This document shows positions 51,097 to 60,877 of a stretch of DNA of 61,690 nt, one piece after another. This DNA comes from Candidatus Limnocylindria bacterium (lineage in GTDB: Bacteria > Chloroflexota > Limnocylindria > QHBO01). Where the stretch lies: contig JBBSLF010000002.1 of assembly GCA_038255505.1 (NCBI GenBank), forward strand, positions 1 to 61,690. Reading direction: 5' to 3'. How positions within the stretch are numbered: position 1 is the stretch's first letter; each line of letters begins with the position of its first letter. The notes under the pieces are model-generated. The model saw only the letters and a list, made by a program, of their open reading frames with translations, had not been told where the DNA came from and ran no database searches. The translations under genes were made by a program, and so were the position numbers.

Positions 51097-52208
51097 CCGG
51101 GGCCGCGGAGCCGCGCCGAACGCCGCTCACAGACCTTCATCGCGAGCTCGGTGCGCGGCTCATGCCGTTCGCGGGGTACGAGATGCCGATCCAGTACGCA
51201 TCGATCCTCGAGGAGCACCGCACGGTGCGCAGCGCGGTTGGCCTGTTCGACCTGTCGCACATGGGCGAGATCGAATTAGACGGCCCGGAGGCGGTGGCGT
51301 TCCTACGCCACGCCGTCGCGAGCGATCCGGGCGCGCTGGTCGTCGGGCAGGCGCAGTACTCGATGCTGTGCCAGGACGATGGCGGCATCATCGACGACCT
51401 CATCATCTATCGGCTTGCGGACGGACGGTTCTGGGTGGTCTGCAACGCCTCCAACCGCGAGGCGGTGGTTGAGCAGCTCAATGAGCTCCTTGTCCGCGGT
51501 GATTTCGACGCCAGCCTCGATGACCGCAGTGACCGCACCGCCCTGGTCGCACCGCAGGGCCCGAATGCCGCAGCGCTGGTCGCCGAGCTGACGGACGTCG
51601 ATCTCGATGCCATCGGCAATTATCGCTCGGCTTCCGGCGCGGTGGCCGGCATCGACTGCCTGGTCGCGCGTACCGGCTATACCGGCGAGGACGGCTTCGA
51701 GCTCTTCTGCGATGCCGACCGGGCGCGCGAACTCTGGGAAGCCGTGACCGCGGCCGGGGAGCGTCACGGCCTTCGTCCGTGCGGCCTTGGCGCGCGCGAC
51801 ACGCTGCGACTCGAGGCCGGCATGCCGTTGTATGGGAATGAGCTGGATCGGGACACCAACCCGTTCGAGGTCAACCTGGGTCGCGTCGTCAAGCTCGAGA
51901 AGGGCGACTTCGTGGGGCGTGCGGCGCTTCAGGCCATAGCGCTCGCCGGCCCATCGCGCAAGCTCATCGGCCTGCAGATGCTCGAGAATGCCATCCCGCG
52001 CGCGGGGTACGAGGTGCGCGCGGACGGCGCCGCTGTCGGAGAGGTGACCAGCGGGACCCTGTCGCCGACGCTGGGCGAAAAGATTGCCATGGCCCTCGTC
52101 CCGGCGGCGCTCGCGGAGATCGGAAATTCCTTCGACGTGGTCGTCCGCGAACGCCCGTATCGGGCCGAACAGGTAAAGTTGCCGTTCTATAGGCGTCCGC
52201 GCGACTGA
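51093..52208 (+). CDS. gcvT: glycine cleavage system aminomethyltransferase (T protein)
   Basis: FAGYEMPIQY, LFDLSHMGE, ARTGYTGEDGFE, RLEAGMPLYGNE. Confidence 0.96.
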   Translation: MTGAAEPRRTPLTDLHRELGARLMPFAGYEMPIQYASILEEHRTVRSAVGLFDLSHMGEIELDGPEAVAFLRHAVASDPGALVVGQAQYSMLCQDDGGIIDDLIIYRLADGRFWVVCNASNREAVVEQLNELLVRGDFDASLDDRSDRTALVAPQGPNAAALVAELTDVDLDAIGNYRSASGAVAGIDCLVARTGYTGEDGFELFCDADRARELWEAVTAAGERHGLRPCGLGARDTLRLEAGMPLYGNELDRDTNPFEVNLGRVVKLEKGDFVGRAALQAIALAGPSRKLIGLQMLENAIPRAGYEVRADGAAVGEVTSGTLSPTLGEKIAMALVPAALAEIGNSFDVVVRERPYRAEQVKLPFYRRPRD

Positions 52209-52251
52209 CGGGTCCGTGATGCCCGACCGCCCCAGGAGGTTTGATTCGCCG

Positions 52252-52629
52252 ATGGCTCTCCCCGATGACCTGCGCTACTCGAAGGAGCATGAGTGGGTTC
52301 GCGTTGAAGGCTCACGCGCCACCATCGGCATCACGAGCTTCGCCTCCGATGAGCTTGGTGACATCGTCTTCGTCGAGTTGCCCGACGTCGGATCCAGCCT
52401 GGGCCAGTTCGCGACCTTCGGCGTCGTCGAGAGCGTCAAGGCCGTGAGCGACCTGTTCTCACCGATTTCGGGCGAGGTGGTCGAGGTCAACGAAGCGCTG
52501 CGCGAGTCGCCCGAGCTTCTCAACAGCGATCCGTTCGGCGACGGCTGGATCGCGAAGGTGGAGCTCGCCGATGCGTCCGAGGTTGACGCACTGATGGACG
52601 CTGACGCCTACACCGTCGAGACCGCCTGA
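52252..52629 (+). CDS. gcvH: glycine cleavage system H protein
   Basis: LRYSKEHEWV and the lipoyl-lysine motif VESVKAVSD. ATG 52252 is preferred over the ORF-track start 52216. Confidence 0.95.
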   Translation: MALPDDLRYSKEHEWVRVEGSRATIGITSFASDELGDIVFVELPDVGSSLGQFATFGVVESVKAVSDLFSPISGEVVEVNEALRESPELLNSDPFGDGWIAKVELADASEVDALMDADAYTVETA

Positions 52630-52643
52630 GCCGTTCGGCCCTG

Positions 52644-53981
52644 ATGAGCTACTCCCCGCACACCGCCGCCGACCGTGAGCGCATGCTCGCCGCCATCGGT
52701 GTCGAATCGGTGGACGACCTGTTCGCCGACATCCCCACTGCGGTCCGTGCCTCGGCCTGGGACGTGCCGCCGCCGCTGGTCGAGCAGGAGGTCCGGACCG
52801 AGCTGGCGCGGCTGGCCGGGCGCAACCGCATTCCCGAGGTGAGCTTCCTCGGGGCCGGCGTGTACCGGCACCTCGTGCCGTCGGTCGTCGGCGAGGTCAT
52901 CGGCCGGCCCGAGTTCGCGACCGCCTACACGCCGTACCAGCCCGAGGTCAGTCAGGGAACGCTGCAGAGCATCTACGAGTTCCAGTCGCTCATCTGCGAG
53001 CTGACGCAGATGGAGGTCGCCACCGCTTCTCACTACGATGGCGCCACCGCCACCGCGGAGGCCGCGCTGATGGCCTGCCGCCTGACCCGACGCACCCGCG
53101 TTGCCGTGTCGGCCGGCGTCAACCCCGACTACCGGCGCGTCCTGGAGACGTATTGCTCGGGTCCGGGGATCGAGGTCGTGACCCTGCCGATCGACGTCAC
53201 GGACGGCGGAACCGGCACGACTGATCCGGCCGCCGTCGAGGCGCTGGGCGAGGTCGCCTGCCTGATCGCGGCGCAGCCGAACTTCTACGGCCAGGTCGAA
53301 CCGATGCGCGATCTGGCCGATGCCGCACACGCGGGCGGCGCTCAGCTCGTCGCGGTCGTCGAGCCGACATCGCTGGCCCTGCTCGCCGCGCCGGGCGACG
53401 ACGGCGCCGATATCGTCACGGCCGAGGGGCAACCGCTCGGCATCCCGGCCAGCTTTGGTGGCCCCTATGTCGGCCTCATGGCGGCGCGGATGGCATCGGT
53501 GCGGCAGATGCCCGGCCGGTTGGTCGGCGCGACCCGCGACGTCGCCGGGCGCAAGGGCTACGTCCTCACCCTCCAGGCGCGCGAGCAGCACATCCGGCGC
53601 GAGAAGGCGGCCAGCAACATCTGTACGAACCAGGCGCTCATGGCGCTGGCCGCGACCGCGTATCTGGTCGCCGTCGGTCCCGCCGGCCTGCGCGAGGTTG
53701 CCGAGCTGTCGACTACCCAGGCGCGTCACGCGACCGCGGCCCTGGAGGATGCCGGCCTTGCCCGCCGTCGCTTCGGCGGAACCTACTTCGCCGAGGTCAC
53801 ACTGAAGGTTCCCGACGCCGCGCGTCGCCATGCCGCGCTGGCTGAAAGGGGCATCGTGGCCGGCTATCTCCCGGAGCGCCACGACCCCGCACTGCGCGAT
53901 ACCCTGCTCCTGGCCGCCACCGAGCTCACCACCGACGACGACATCGCGCGCCTGCTCGACGGGCTGGAGGCGACCCGATGA
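52644..53981 (+). CDS. gcvPA: glycine dehydrogenase (decarboxylating) subunit 1
   Basis: Split P-protein N-terminal half: YTPYQPEVSQGTLQSIYEFQ, ICTNQAL. Confidence 0.95.
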   Translation: MSYSPHTAADRERMLAAIGVESVDDLFADIPTAVRASAWDVPPPLVEQEVRTELARLAGRNRIPEVSFLGAGVYRHLVPSVVGEVIGRPEFATAYTPYQPEVSQGTLQSIYEFQSLICELTQMEVATASHYDGATATAEAALMACRLTRRTRVAVSAGVNPDYRRVLETYCSGPGIEVVTLPIDVTDGGTGTTDPAAVEALGEVACLIAAQPNFYGQVEPMRDLADAAHAGGAQLVAVVEPTSLALLAAPGDDGADIVTAEGQPLGIPASFGGPYVGLMAARMASVRQMPGRLVGATRDVAGRKGYVLTLQAREQHIRREKAASNICTNQALMALAATAYLVAVGPAGLREVAELSTTQARHATAALEDAGLARRRFGGTYFAEVTLKVPDAARRHAALAERGIVAGYLPERHDPALRDTLLLAATELTTDDDIARLLDGLEATR

Positions 53982-55630
53982 GCGTTGCCGAGGCGCCCTC
54001 CTCCGGGCGCGGGTCCGCCTTCGCGGGCGCCGTCGGGGGCGACGAGCTGACGATCGTCGAGCCGCTGATCTTTGATCGGTCGCGGCCCGATCGGCGGGCG
54101 GTGCGCTTCCCCTCGGCCTCCGCCGCTGCGCTCGAATCGGCCGCCGTACAGCCGGAGTTGCCCGCATCGGTCCTGCGATCGCGGGCCCTACGCCTGCCGG
54201 AGGTGAGCGAGCTCGACATGCTCCGCCACTTCAATCGCCTGGCGCATCTCAATCACGCCATTGACATCGGCTTCTACCCGCTCGGGTCGTGCACGATGAA
54301 GTACAACCCGAAGGTCAACGAGTGGGCTGCACGACTACCGGGCCTGGCCGAGTCGCATCCGCTCGACCCGGAGGATCTGAGCCAGGGCAGCTTGGAGCTG
54401 ATGTGGCTGTTGGCCGAGTTGCTCAAGGAGATCAGCGGCTTTCCGGCGATCAGCCTTCAGCCAGCCGCCGGCGCCCATGGCGAACTGACCGGCATGCTCA
54501 TGACGCGGGCGTATCACCGCGCCAACGGCGAAGGTGAGCAGCGGATCAAGGTCCTTGTGCCCGACTCGGCGCACGGGACCAACCCGGCCACCGCCACCAT
54601 GGTCGGCTACCAGACCGTCACGATTCCCTCGAACGAGCGTGGCGGGATCGACCTGCATGCGCTGCGGGCGGCACTCGGACCGGACGTCGCGGCGCTCATG
54701 ATCACGAACCCGTCGACCCTGGGAATCTTCGAGGACCAGATCGGCCAGGTCATCGCGGCGGTCAAGGATGCTGGCGCCATCGCGTACATGGACGGCGCCA
54801 ACCTCAACGCCATTCTCGGCCGCTTCCGGCCGGGCGAAGCCGGCTTCGACATCATGCACTTCAACCTGCACAAGACGTTCAGCACACCGCACGGCGGAGG
54901 CGGCCCGGGCGCCGGACCGATCGGAGTCAGCAAGCGGTTGGAGCCCTTCCTGCCGGCACCGATCCCGACACTCGTGACCGGCGATGCGACCGAGGTCCGT
55001 GCCAATGCCTGGGCCGGTCGCTCAACCGACGGCGCGCGGTTCGCGCTCGACGACGACCGTCCGCAGAGCATTGGCAAGGTGCGTAGCTGCCACGGCAACT
55101 TCGGCATGTTCGTGCGCGCGTACACCTACATTCGGTCGAACGGTGACGCGGGCCTTCGCACGATCAGCGAGGACGCGGTGCTCGCCGCGAACTACCTGCG
55201 CGTCCAGCTGCACGACACGTACGACCTGCCCTATGACCGATTGAGCAAGCACGAAGTGGTCTTCTCGGGGCGCCGCCAGAAGCGCGAGCACGGGGTGACG
55301 ACGCTCGATATCGCCAAGGCGATTCTCGATCACGGCATCCATCCGCCCACGATTTACTTCCCGCTCATCGTGGAGGAGGCCCTCATGGTCGAGCCGACCG
55401 AGACCGAAAGTCTCGAAACCCTCGATCATTTCGTGGGAGTGATGCGTGCGGTCGCCGACCTTGCCGCGTCGGATCCCGCGGCCCTCAAGCGCGCGCCCAC
55501 TACGACGCCGGTGGGACGCCTGGATGAGGCGGCCGCGGCCCGCCGCCCTGATCTGCGCCATATCTTCGGGGGCGTCGATGCTCCTGAGGCGCCACCGTCG
55601 GCGCCGACGGCCGAGGTTCCCACCACGTAG
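53978..55630 (+). CDS. gcvPB: glycine dehydrogenase (decarboxylating) subunit 2
   Basis: PLGSCTMKYNP and FNLHKTFSTPHGGGGPG (PLP lysine). There are ~25-aa N-terminal and ~30-aa C-terminal low-complexity extensions. Confidence 0.95.
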   Translation: MSVAEAPSSGRGSAFAGAVGGDELTIVEPLIFDRSRPDRRAVRFPSASAAALESAAVQPELPASVLRSRALRLPEVSELDMLRHFNRLAHLNHAIDIGFYPLGSCTMKYNPKVNEWAARLPGLAESHPLDPEDLSQGSLELMWLLAELLKEISGFPAISLQPAAGAHGELTGMLMTRAYHRANGEGEQRIKVLVPDSAHGTNPATATMVGYQTVTIPSNERGGIDLHALRAALGPDVAALMITNPSTLGIFEDQIGQVIAAVKDAGAIAYMDGANLNAILGRFRPGEAGFDIMHFNLHKTFSTPHGGGGPGAGPIGVSKRLEPFLPAPIPTLVTGDATEVRANAWAGRSTDGARFALDDDRPQSIGKVRSCHGNFGMFVRAYTYIRSNGDAGLRTISEDAVLAANYLRVQLHDTYDLPYDRLSKHEVVFSGRRQKREHGVTTLDIAKAILDHGIHPPTIYFPLIVEEALMVEPTETESLETLDHFVGVMRAVADLAASDPAALKRAPTTTPVGRLDEAAAARRPDLRHIFGGVDAPEAPPSAPTAEVPTT

Positions 55631-55638
55631 CGCCGGTC

Positions 55639-55667
55639 TGAACGTAATTGGACGGTCGGGCGTACTA
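55639..55667 (+). promoter_or_regulatory. promoter upstream of the ECF sigma gene (ECF-type or housekeeping type)
   Basis: TGAAC (55639-55643), 17 nt, CGTA (55661-55664) fits an ECF GAAC...CGT pattern. The same stretch reads TGAACG-N17-TACTAT for sigma-70. Confidence 0.4.
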
Positions 55668-55706
55668 TGGGAAACCCCGCACGGGGATCGGGCGGAACAG
55701 GTGCCG

Positions 55707-56297
55707 ATGGAAACGAAACAGCCGAACGACCTCGTCGAGCGCATGCAGCGCGGCGACCTCGATGCGTTCGAGGAATTCTTCAATACGTTCAAGCGACCGG
55801 TCTACGGGACCGCGCTCGCGATCACGCGCGACCCGTTCCTGGCGGAGGAGATCCTCCAGGATTGCTTCGTCAAGGCGTACAAGGTCCGCGAGCGCCTTGA
55901 TCCGGCACGGTCGCCGTTACCCTGGTTGCAGCGCGTGACGATCAACCTGTGCTACAGCCGGGTCAGCCGCCGCCGGACGCTTGCCGAGCCGATCACCAGC
56001 TTGATCACGAACCTCGTCGTGGACCTGGCGGCTCGTCCGGACCAGGTGGTCGAATCGCGAGAGGTGCTCGAAGTTCTTCAGCGCGGTATCGACGCCCTGT
56101 CGTCGAAGCAGCAGACGGCCATCATCCTGTACTACCTGCACGGCTATTCGCTGGCCGAGGCTGCCGAGATCGCGAACTGCCACGTTGGCACGATGAAGTC
56201 GCGCCTTCACTACGCGCTCAAGGCCCTGCGCATCCGTCTGCCCGTGGAGCGCCGACTCCCGATGGGAGCGCCGGTGGCGGTCAGGGTGCATCGATGA
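55707..56297 (+). CDS. ECF-family RNA polymerase sigma factor
   Basis: Region 2 FEEFFNTFKRPVYGTALAITRDPFLAEEILQDCFVKAY and region 4 LHGYSLAEAAEIANCHVGTMKSRLHYA. The alternative start is GTG 55701. Confidence 0.92.
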   Translation: METKQPNDLVERMQRGDLDAFEEFFNTFKRPVYGTALAITRDPFLAEEILQDCFVKAYKVRERLDPARSPLPWLQRVTINLCYSRVSRRRTLAEPITSLITNLVVDLAARPDQVVESREVLEVLQRGIDALSSKQQTAIILYYLHGYSLAEAAEIANCHVGTMKSRLHYALKALRIRLPVERRLPMGAPVAVRVHR

Positions 56298-57031
56298 ACT
56301 GCCCCCGCGTCTGTCGCGAGCTTCGGTGGCTCGCGCGCTTCGGTGAACTCGGCCCAAGCTCGCAGCCGCATCTCGACCATCTCGCCGATTGTGCCGCCTG
56401 CCGGTATGAGGTCGGATTCGACCGCGCCATGGTCCAGCAGCTGAGGAGTGCCCTCGCCCTGCGCGTCGGCGGCATGACACCGTCGCCGGACGCGTGGGAG
56501 CGAATCCTGAGTCGGGCCCAGGCACCGGAGCCGGTGCCCGCACGCCTATGGTCCCGTTCGACGGCGATGCTGGGCCGCCTGCGTACGGCAACTGCCGTGG
56601 CCGGCACCGGACTGGCGCTCGTCCTGACCCTGAACATGGAGGTCGTACCGGTGGCGGTGCCGTCGGCGTCCGAGCCGATGCCGGCAACCCCGTCGGCCCT
56701 GACAGTCCCAACGGCCAGCTTCTCGGACGATCAACACCTCCTGGTCGAGCGGCCCCCGCTGGAACCGCGTCCGGATACGGTCGCGGAACTTGCCGATGAA
56801 CCGATCGTGCCGGAGCCGAAAGGCCTCGTGATTCAACTGGATGCGCCGGTCATCGCCCGACCGGAGGCCGCCTCCAACGGTTCAGTCCCCGGCCCGCTCG
56901 TGACCGAAATCCGCGTCAGCTTCCGTAGCCCCTTATCGCCGGAGCCCAACTTCTTCGACGACACGCCAGCGGTCGTGGCCGAGCCGATCGAGGTCGAGCC
57001 GAGGGTCCCCGAAGCCGGCGAGCCTTCCTGA
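56294..57031 (+). CDS. anti-sigma factor (zf-HC2), single TM, extracytoplasmic tail
   Basis: ATGA overlap with the sigma gene, H-x3-C-x2-C (HLADCAAC), TM TAVAGTGLALVLTL. Confidence 0.8.
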   Translation: MNCPRVCRELRWLARFGELGPSSQPHLDHLADCAACRYEVGFDRAMVQQLRSALALRVGGMTPSPDAWERILSRAQAPEPVPARLWSRSTAMLGRLRTATAVAGTGLALVLTLNMEVVPVAVPSASEPMPATPSALTVPTASFSDDQHLLVERPPLEPRPDTVAELADEPIVPEPKGLVIQLDAPVIARPEAASNGSVPGPLVTEIRVSFRSPLSPEPNFFDDTPAVVAEPIEVEPRVPEAGEPS

Positions 57032-57158
57032 TGTAGCGTGAGTGTGCGAGACTAGCCAACTGTCCTACGAGTGGATCAGCCCCGGATCACCGGCGATTGC
57101 CGAGCGAGCAGCGGGAGTGGTGGTCCGATCCAACCAATATCAACGTGGAGGAATGTGG

Positions 57159-58889
57159 ATGCCTAATTGGAGATGGTTCTCCGTGTTTACCGTGCTGATA
57201 CTGGTCCTCGCCGCGTGCGGCGATGCCGGTACCAGCGCTTCAGCCCCGGATGAATCCGACGATCCGCCGGCTTCGGGCTCGGACGCCTCTGAGCCGCCGG
57301 CAAGTGATGGCGGCACCAGTGGCGAGCCGCAGACGGGCGGAACGCTGGTCTTCGGCGGTGCGGCACTGGCCGCAAGCCTGGACCCGGCGCTCACGAGCGA
57401 TGGCGAGTCGTTCCGGATCCTTCAGCAGATCTATGAGCCCCTGGTCGACCTCGTTCCCGGCACCGTGGACGAGCTCGAAGGTGTGCTTGCCGAGTCGTGG
57501 ACCGGCGAACCCGAGGACACCGAGTACGTCTTTACCCTGAAGGAAGGCGTCACCTTCCACGACGGCACGCCGTTCAACGCTGAGGCCGTCAAGACGAACT
57601 TTGATCGCTGGCAGACCTTCGCGGAGGAGTTCCAGGGCAACGCCTACTACTACGGCGCTGTCATGGATGGATTCGGACCGGACAACCTCATCGAGAGTGT
57701 CGAGGCGACCGATGAGATGACCGTCACGATCACCCTGCGCGAGGCGAGCCCGACGTTCCTGTTCGGAATCGCGCTGACGCCGTTCAGCATCGTCAGCCCG
57801 GCCGTCCTCGAGGCGACGAGCGCGGACGACCCTGCGACCAGCACGCTCGGGACCGACACGGTCCAGGGCGGAACCGGCCCGTTCGTCATGGAGGAGTACA
57901 TCCCCGATGACAGCGCGACGCTGGTCCGCAATGACGACTATCACGGAGAGCACACCGCTTACCTCGATCGGCTGATCATTCGGCCCATTGCGGATCCAGC
58001 GGCGCGTCTCCAGGCCCTCCAGGGCGGTAGCGTCCAGGGCTTCGACCTGATCGCTCCTGGCGATCGCGACGCGGTGGATGGCGCCGAAGGCTTCCAGCTT
58101 GTCAACCGCGAGTCATACAACACGCTCTACCTGGGCGTGAACCCCACTGCGACTGACGACTCGTCGCTCGCCGATCTGGCGGTACGCCAGGCGGTTGCCC
58201 ACGCGATCGACCGGGAAGCGCTCATCGAGGCCTTCTACGGTGGTGGTGGCAGTCCGGCTGACATCTTCCTTCCGCCGACCAGCGGCTGGTTCGACAGCGT
58301 GGGTGAGGGCGCCGAGGTGTACGAGTACGACCCCGAGGCGGCGACTGCGCTGCTCGAGGGGGCCGGATTCGACGCGGACAACCCCGCGACCGTGAACTTC
58401 TGGTATCCCACCGAGGTGACGCGCCCCTACATGCCGGACCCGCAGGGCCTGCACCAGGCGGTGACGACCATGCTCGAGGATGCCGGCTTCGAGGTCGAGC
58501 CCGGCAGCGCCATCTGGGGCACGGAGTACATCCCCGCGGCCCAGAATGGTGAGTACGACCTGCACTTCCTCGGCTGGACCGGAGACTTCGACGACCCGTC
58601 CAACTGGTACGGTGTTCACTTCGGGTATGCCCAGGGCGAGCCGGCGGCGCAGTTCGGGTGTGACGTCGATGGGCTCGAGGCCGCGATCGACGAGGCAGAG
58701 AGCACGCTTGAGGAAGGGGCCCGCGGGACCGCCTGGAGCGAGGTCGCGCAGCTCGTGCACAACGAGGTGTGCTTCGTGACCCTGGTCCACGGTGACACCG
58801 CGATCGCCCTGACCGATCAGGTCCAGGGCTACGTGGCGAATCCGACCGGGTCGGAAAGCTTCCTGGACGTCTGGCTCTCCGGCGAGTAG
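57159..58889 (+). CDS. ABC transporter substrate-binding lipoprotein, family 5 (peptide/nickel type)
   Basis: GGAGGA SD, signal peptide with lipobox LVLAAC, family-5 SBP body (TFHDGTPFNAEAVK...). The alternative start is ATG 57153. Confidence 0.9.
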   Translation: MPNWRWFSVFTVLILVLAACGDAGTSASAPDESDDPPASGSDASEPPASDGGTSGEPQTGGTLVFGGAALAASLDPALTSDGESFRILQQIYEPLVDLVPGTVDELEGVLAESWTGEPEDTEYVFTLKEGVTFHDGTPFNAEAVKTNFDRWQTFAEEFQGNAYYYGAVMDGFGPDNLIESVEATDEMTVTITLREASPTFLFGIALTPFSIVSPAVLEATSADDPATSTLGTDTVQGGTGPFVMEEYIPDDSATLVRNDDYHGEHTAYLDRLIIRPIADPAARLQALQGGSVQGFDLIAPGDRDAVDGAEGFQLVNRESYNTLYLGVNPTATDDSSLADLAVRQAVAHAIDREALIEAFYGGGGSPADIFLPPTSGWFDSVGEGAEVYEYDPEAATALLEGAGFDADNPATVNFWYPTEVTRPYMPDPQGLHQAVTTMLEDAGFEVEPGSAIWGTEYIPAAQNGEYDLHFLGWTGDFDDPSNWYGVHFGYAQGEPAAQFGCDVDGLEAAIDEAESTLEEGARGTAWSEVAQLVHNEVCFVTLVHGDTAIALTDQVQGYVANPTGSESFLDVWLSGE

Positions 58890-58911
58890 CCGGCAGACCA
58901 GCCACTAGACT

Positions 58912-58949
58912 GGGAGAGCCCTGGCCGCGAGTCGGGGCTCTCCCGTTTT
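58912..58949 (+). terminator. intrinsic terminator/attenuator between the SBP and permease genes
   Basis: GGGAGAGCCC (58912-58921) pairs with GGGCTCTCCC (58935-58944), a 10-bp stem followed by GTTTT. Confidence 0.6.
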
Positions 58950-58968
58950 CCCTCGATCAGGAGCATCG

Positions 58969-59976
58969 ATGACGAAATTCATCATTCGGCGCCTGCTGTT
59001 GCTCATCCCGATTCTCCTCGGGCTGACGCTCCTGATCTTCGTCTTCACCCGCCTCCTGCCCGGCGATCCGGCCACCACCATTCTGGGTGAGCGAGCGACC
59101 GCGGAGAACATGGCGCTGGTGCGCGAGTCGCTCGGGCTGGACCGTCCGCTGCATGAGCAGTACTTCCAGTACATGGGCGGCCTGCTCCAGGGTGACCTCG
59201 GTCGCAGCTTCATCACGAATCGTGACGTCGTCGACGACTTTCTTCAGCGCTTTCCTGCAACGATCGAGCTGTCGCTGGCGGCGATCATCTTCGCGATCGC
59301 CGCAGGCATCCCGCTCGGCGTCTACACCGCGAAGCGACGTGGGACGTGGGTGGACGCTGGCGGCACGATTCTGTCCCTCATCGGCATCAGCATCCCGATC
59401 TTCTTCCTCGGGCTCATGCTCAAGTGGATCTTCGCGATCCAGTTCCCGATCCTGCCAGACTCCGGCCGGATCGACCTGGTCGACTACTTCATTCCGCGGG
59501 TGACGAACTTCATGACCGTGGACGCGTTGCTCGCTGGCGAGCCGGGCGGCTTCATCGACGCGCTGCGGCACCTGGTGCTTCCGGCGCTTGCGCTCGGGAC
59601 GATCCCGCTGGCGGTCATCATGCGCATTACGCGCGCAAGCGTGATCGACGTGCTCAACGAGGACTACGTCCGCACGGCGCATGCCAAGGGGCTGCGCGAT
59701 CGGACGGTGGACGGACGACACATCCTGCGCAATGCGCTTCTGCCGGTAGTGACCGTCATCGGACTCCAGACCGGCCTCCTGCTTGGCGGCGCGATCCTGA
59801 CCGAGACAATCTTCACCTGGGGTGGTGTCGGACGCTGGATCTACGACGCCGTCACGGCACGCGACTACCAGATCATCCAGAGCGGCGTGCTCATGCTGGC
59901 GCTCATCTTCGTGCTGGTGAACCTTATCGTGGACATCAGCTACGCCTTCCTTAACCCCCGTATCCGTCACTCATGA
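58969..59976 (+). CDS. ABC transporter permease (DppB/OppB type)
   Basis: MTKFIIRRLLLLIPILLGLTLLIF N-terminus and an EAA-like loop (YVRTAHAKGLRDRTV). Confidence 0.93.
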   Translation: MTKFIIRRLLLLIPILLGLTLLIFVFTRLLPGDPATTILGERATAENMALVRESLGLDRPLHEQYFQYMGGLLQGDLGRSFITNRDVVDDFLQRFPATIELSLAAIIFAIAAGIPLGVYTAKRRGTWVDAGGTILSLIGISIPIFFLGLMLKWIFAIQFPILPDSGRIDLVDYFIPRVTNFMTVDALLAGEPGGFIDALRHLVLPALALGTIPLAVIMRITRASVIDVLNEDYVRTAHAKGLRDRTVDGRHILRNALLPVVTVIGLQTGLLLGGAILTETIFTWGGVGRWIYDAVTARDYQIIQSGVLMLALIFVLVNLIVDISYAFLNPRIRHS

Positions 59977-59986
59977 GGAGGGAGCC

Positions 59987-60877
59987 ATGACCGGTGCCGC
60001 GGTGAGCCGGCCAGTCGAGCAGCAGGAGCGCTCGGTAGGCCTGTGGGGCGATGCCCTGCGCCGCATGCGCGGCAGTCCGGCCGCCATCATCGGTGCCGCG
60101 ATCATCATCTTTTTCGTCCTGATGGCCATTTTTGCGCCATTCATCGCGCCGTACGACCCGACCCGCGGCGATCTCGGCTCCAGCTACCTACCACCCAGCG
60201 GGGAGCACTTCTTTGGCACGAACGTTCAGGGACAGGACGTCTTCAGCCGCATCATCTTCGGCTCGCGGCTGACCCTGGGGATCGCGGTGATGTCGGTCAC
60301 CATCGGGGTTGCCTTCGGCTCTCTGCTCGGCGCCCTCGCCGGGTACTTCCGCGGCTGGATCGACGCGACGATCATGCGTGGCGTCGACATCATGCTGAGC
60401 ATCCCGGGGTTGCTGCTGGCAATCGCTGTCGTCTCGTGGCTCGGCCGGGGCGCGGTGCAGATCGCCATCGCCATCGCCATCGTCAACGTGCCGATCTTCG
60501 CGCGCATCCTGCGCGCCAGCCTCCTGGCGCTGCGCGACGCCGATTACGTCATCGCTGCGAAATCGGTTGGCGTCGGCGGCCCGGCGCTTCTCTTACGGCA
60601 CATGCTGCCTAACGCCATCGGTCCGCTCATCGTGCAGGCCACGCTGGCACTGGCCACGGCCGTGGTCGACGCCGCTGCCCTGGGTTTCCTTGGCCTCGGC
60701 CCGCCCGACCCACGCACGCCCGAGTGGGGAGCCATGCTGTCGGACACCTACCGATATCTGACCGATGCGGTGCATCTCGCCTTCTTCCCGGGCATCGCCA
60801 TCGTCCTCGCCGTCCTCGGCTTCAACCTCCTCGGTGACGGCATGCGCGAAGCTCTCGATCCGAAGCTGCGCCGATGA
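59987..60877 (+). CDS. ABC transporter permease (DppC/OppC type)
   Basis: 6 TM and an EAA loop (DYVIAAKSVGVGGPALLLRHMLPN). Confidence 0.93.
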   Translation: MTGAAVSRPVEQQERSVGLWGDALRRMRGSPAAIIGAAIIIFFVLMAIFAPFIAPYDPTRGDLGSSYLPPSGEHFFGTNVQGQDVFSRIIFGSRLTLGIAVMSVTIGVAFGSLLGALAGYFRGWIDATIMRGVDIMLSIPGLLLAIAVVSWLGRGAVQIAIAIAIVNVPIFARILRASLLALRDADYVIAAKSVGVGGPALLLRHMLPNAIGPLIVQATLALATAVVDAAALGFLGLGPPDPRTPEWGAMLSDTYRYLTDAVHLAFFPGIAIVLAVLGFNLLGDGMREALDPKLRR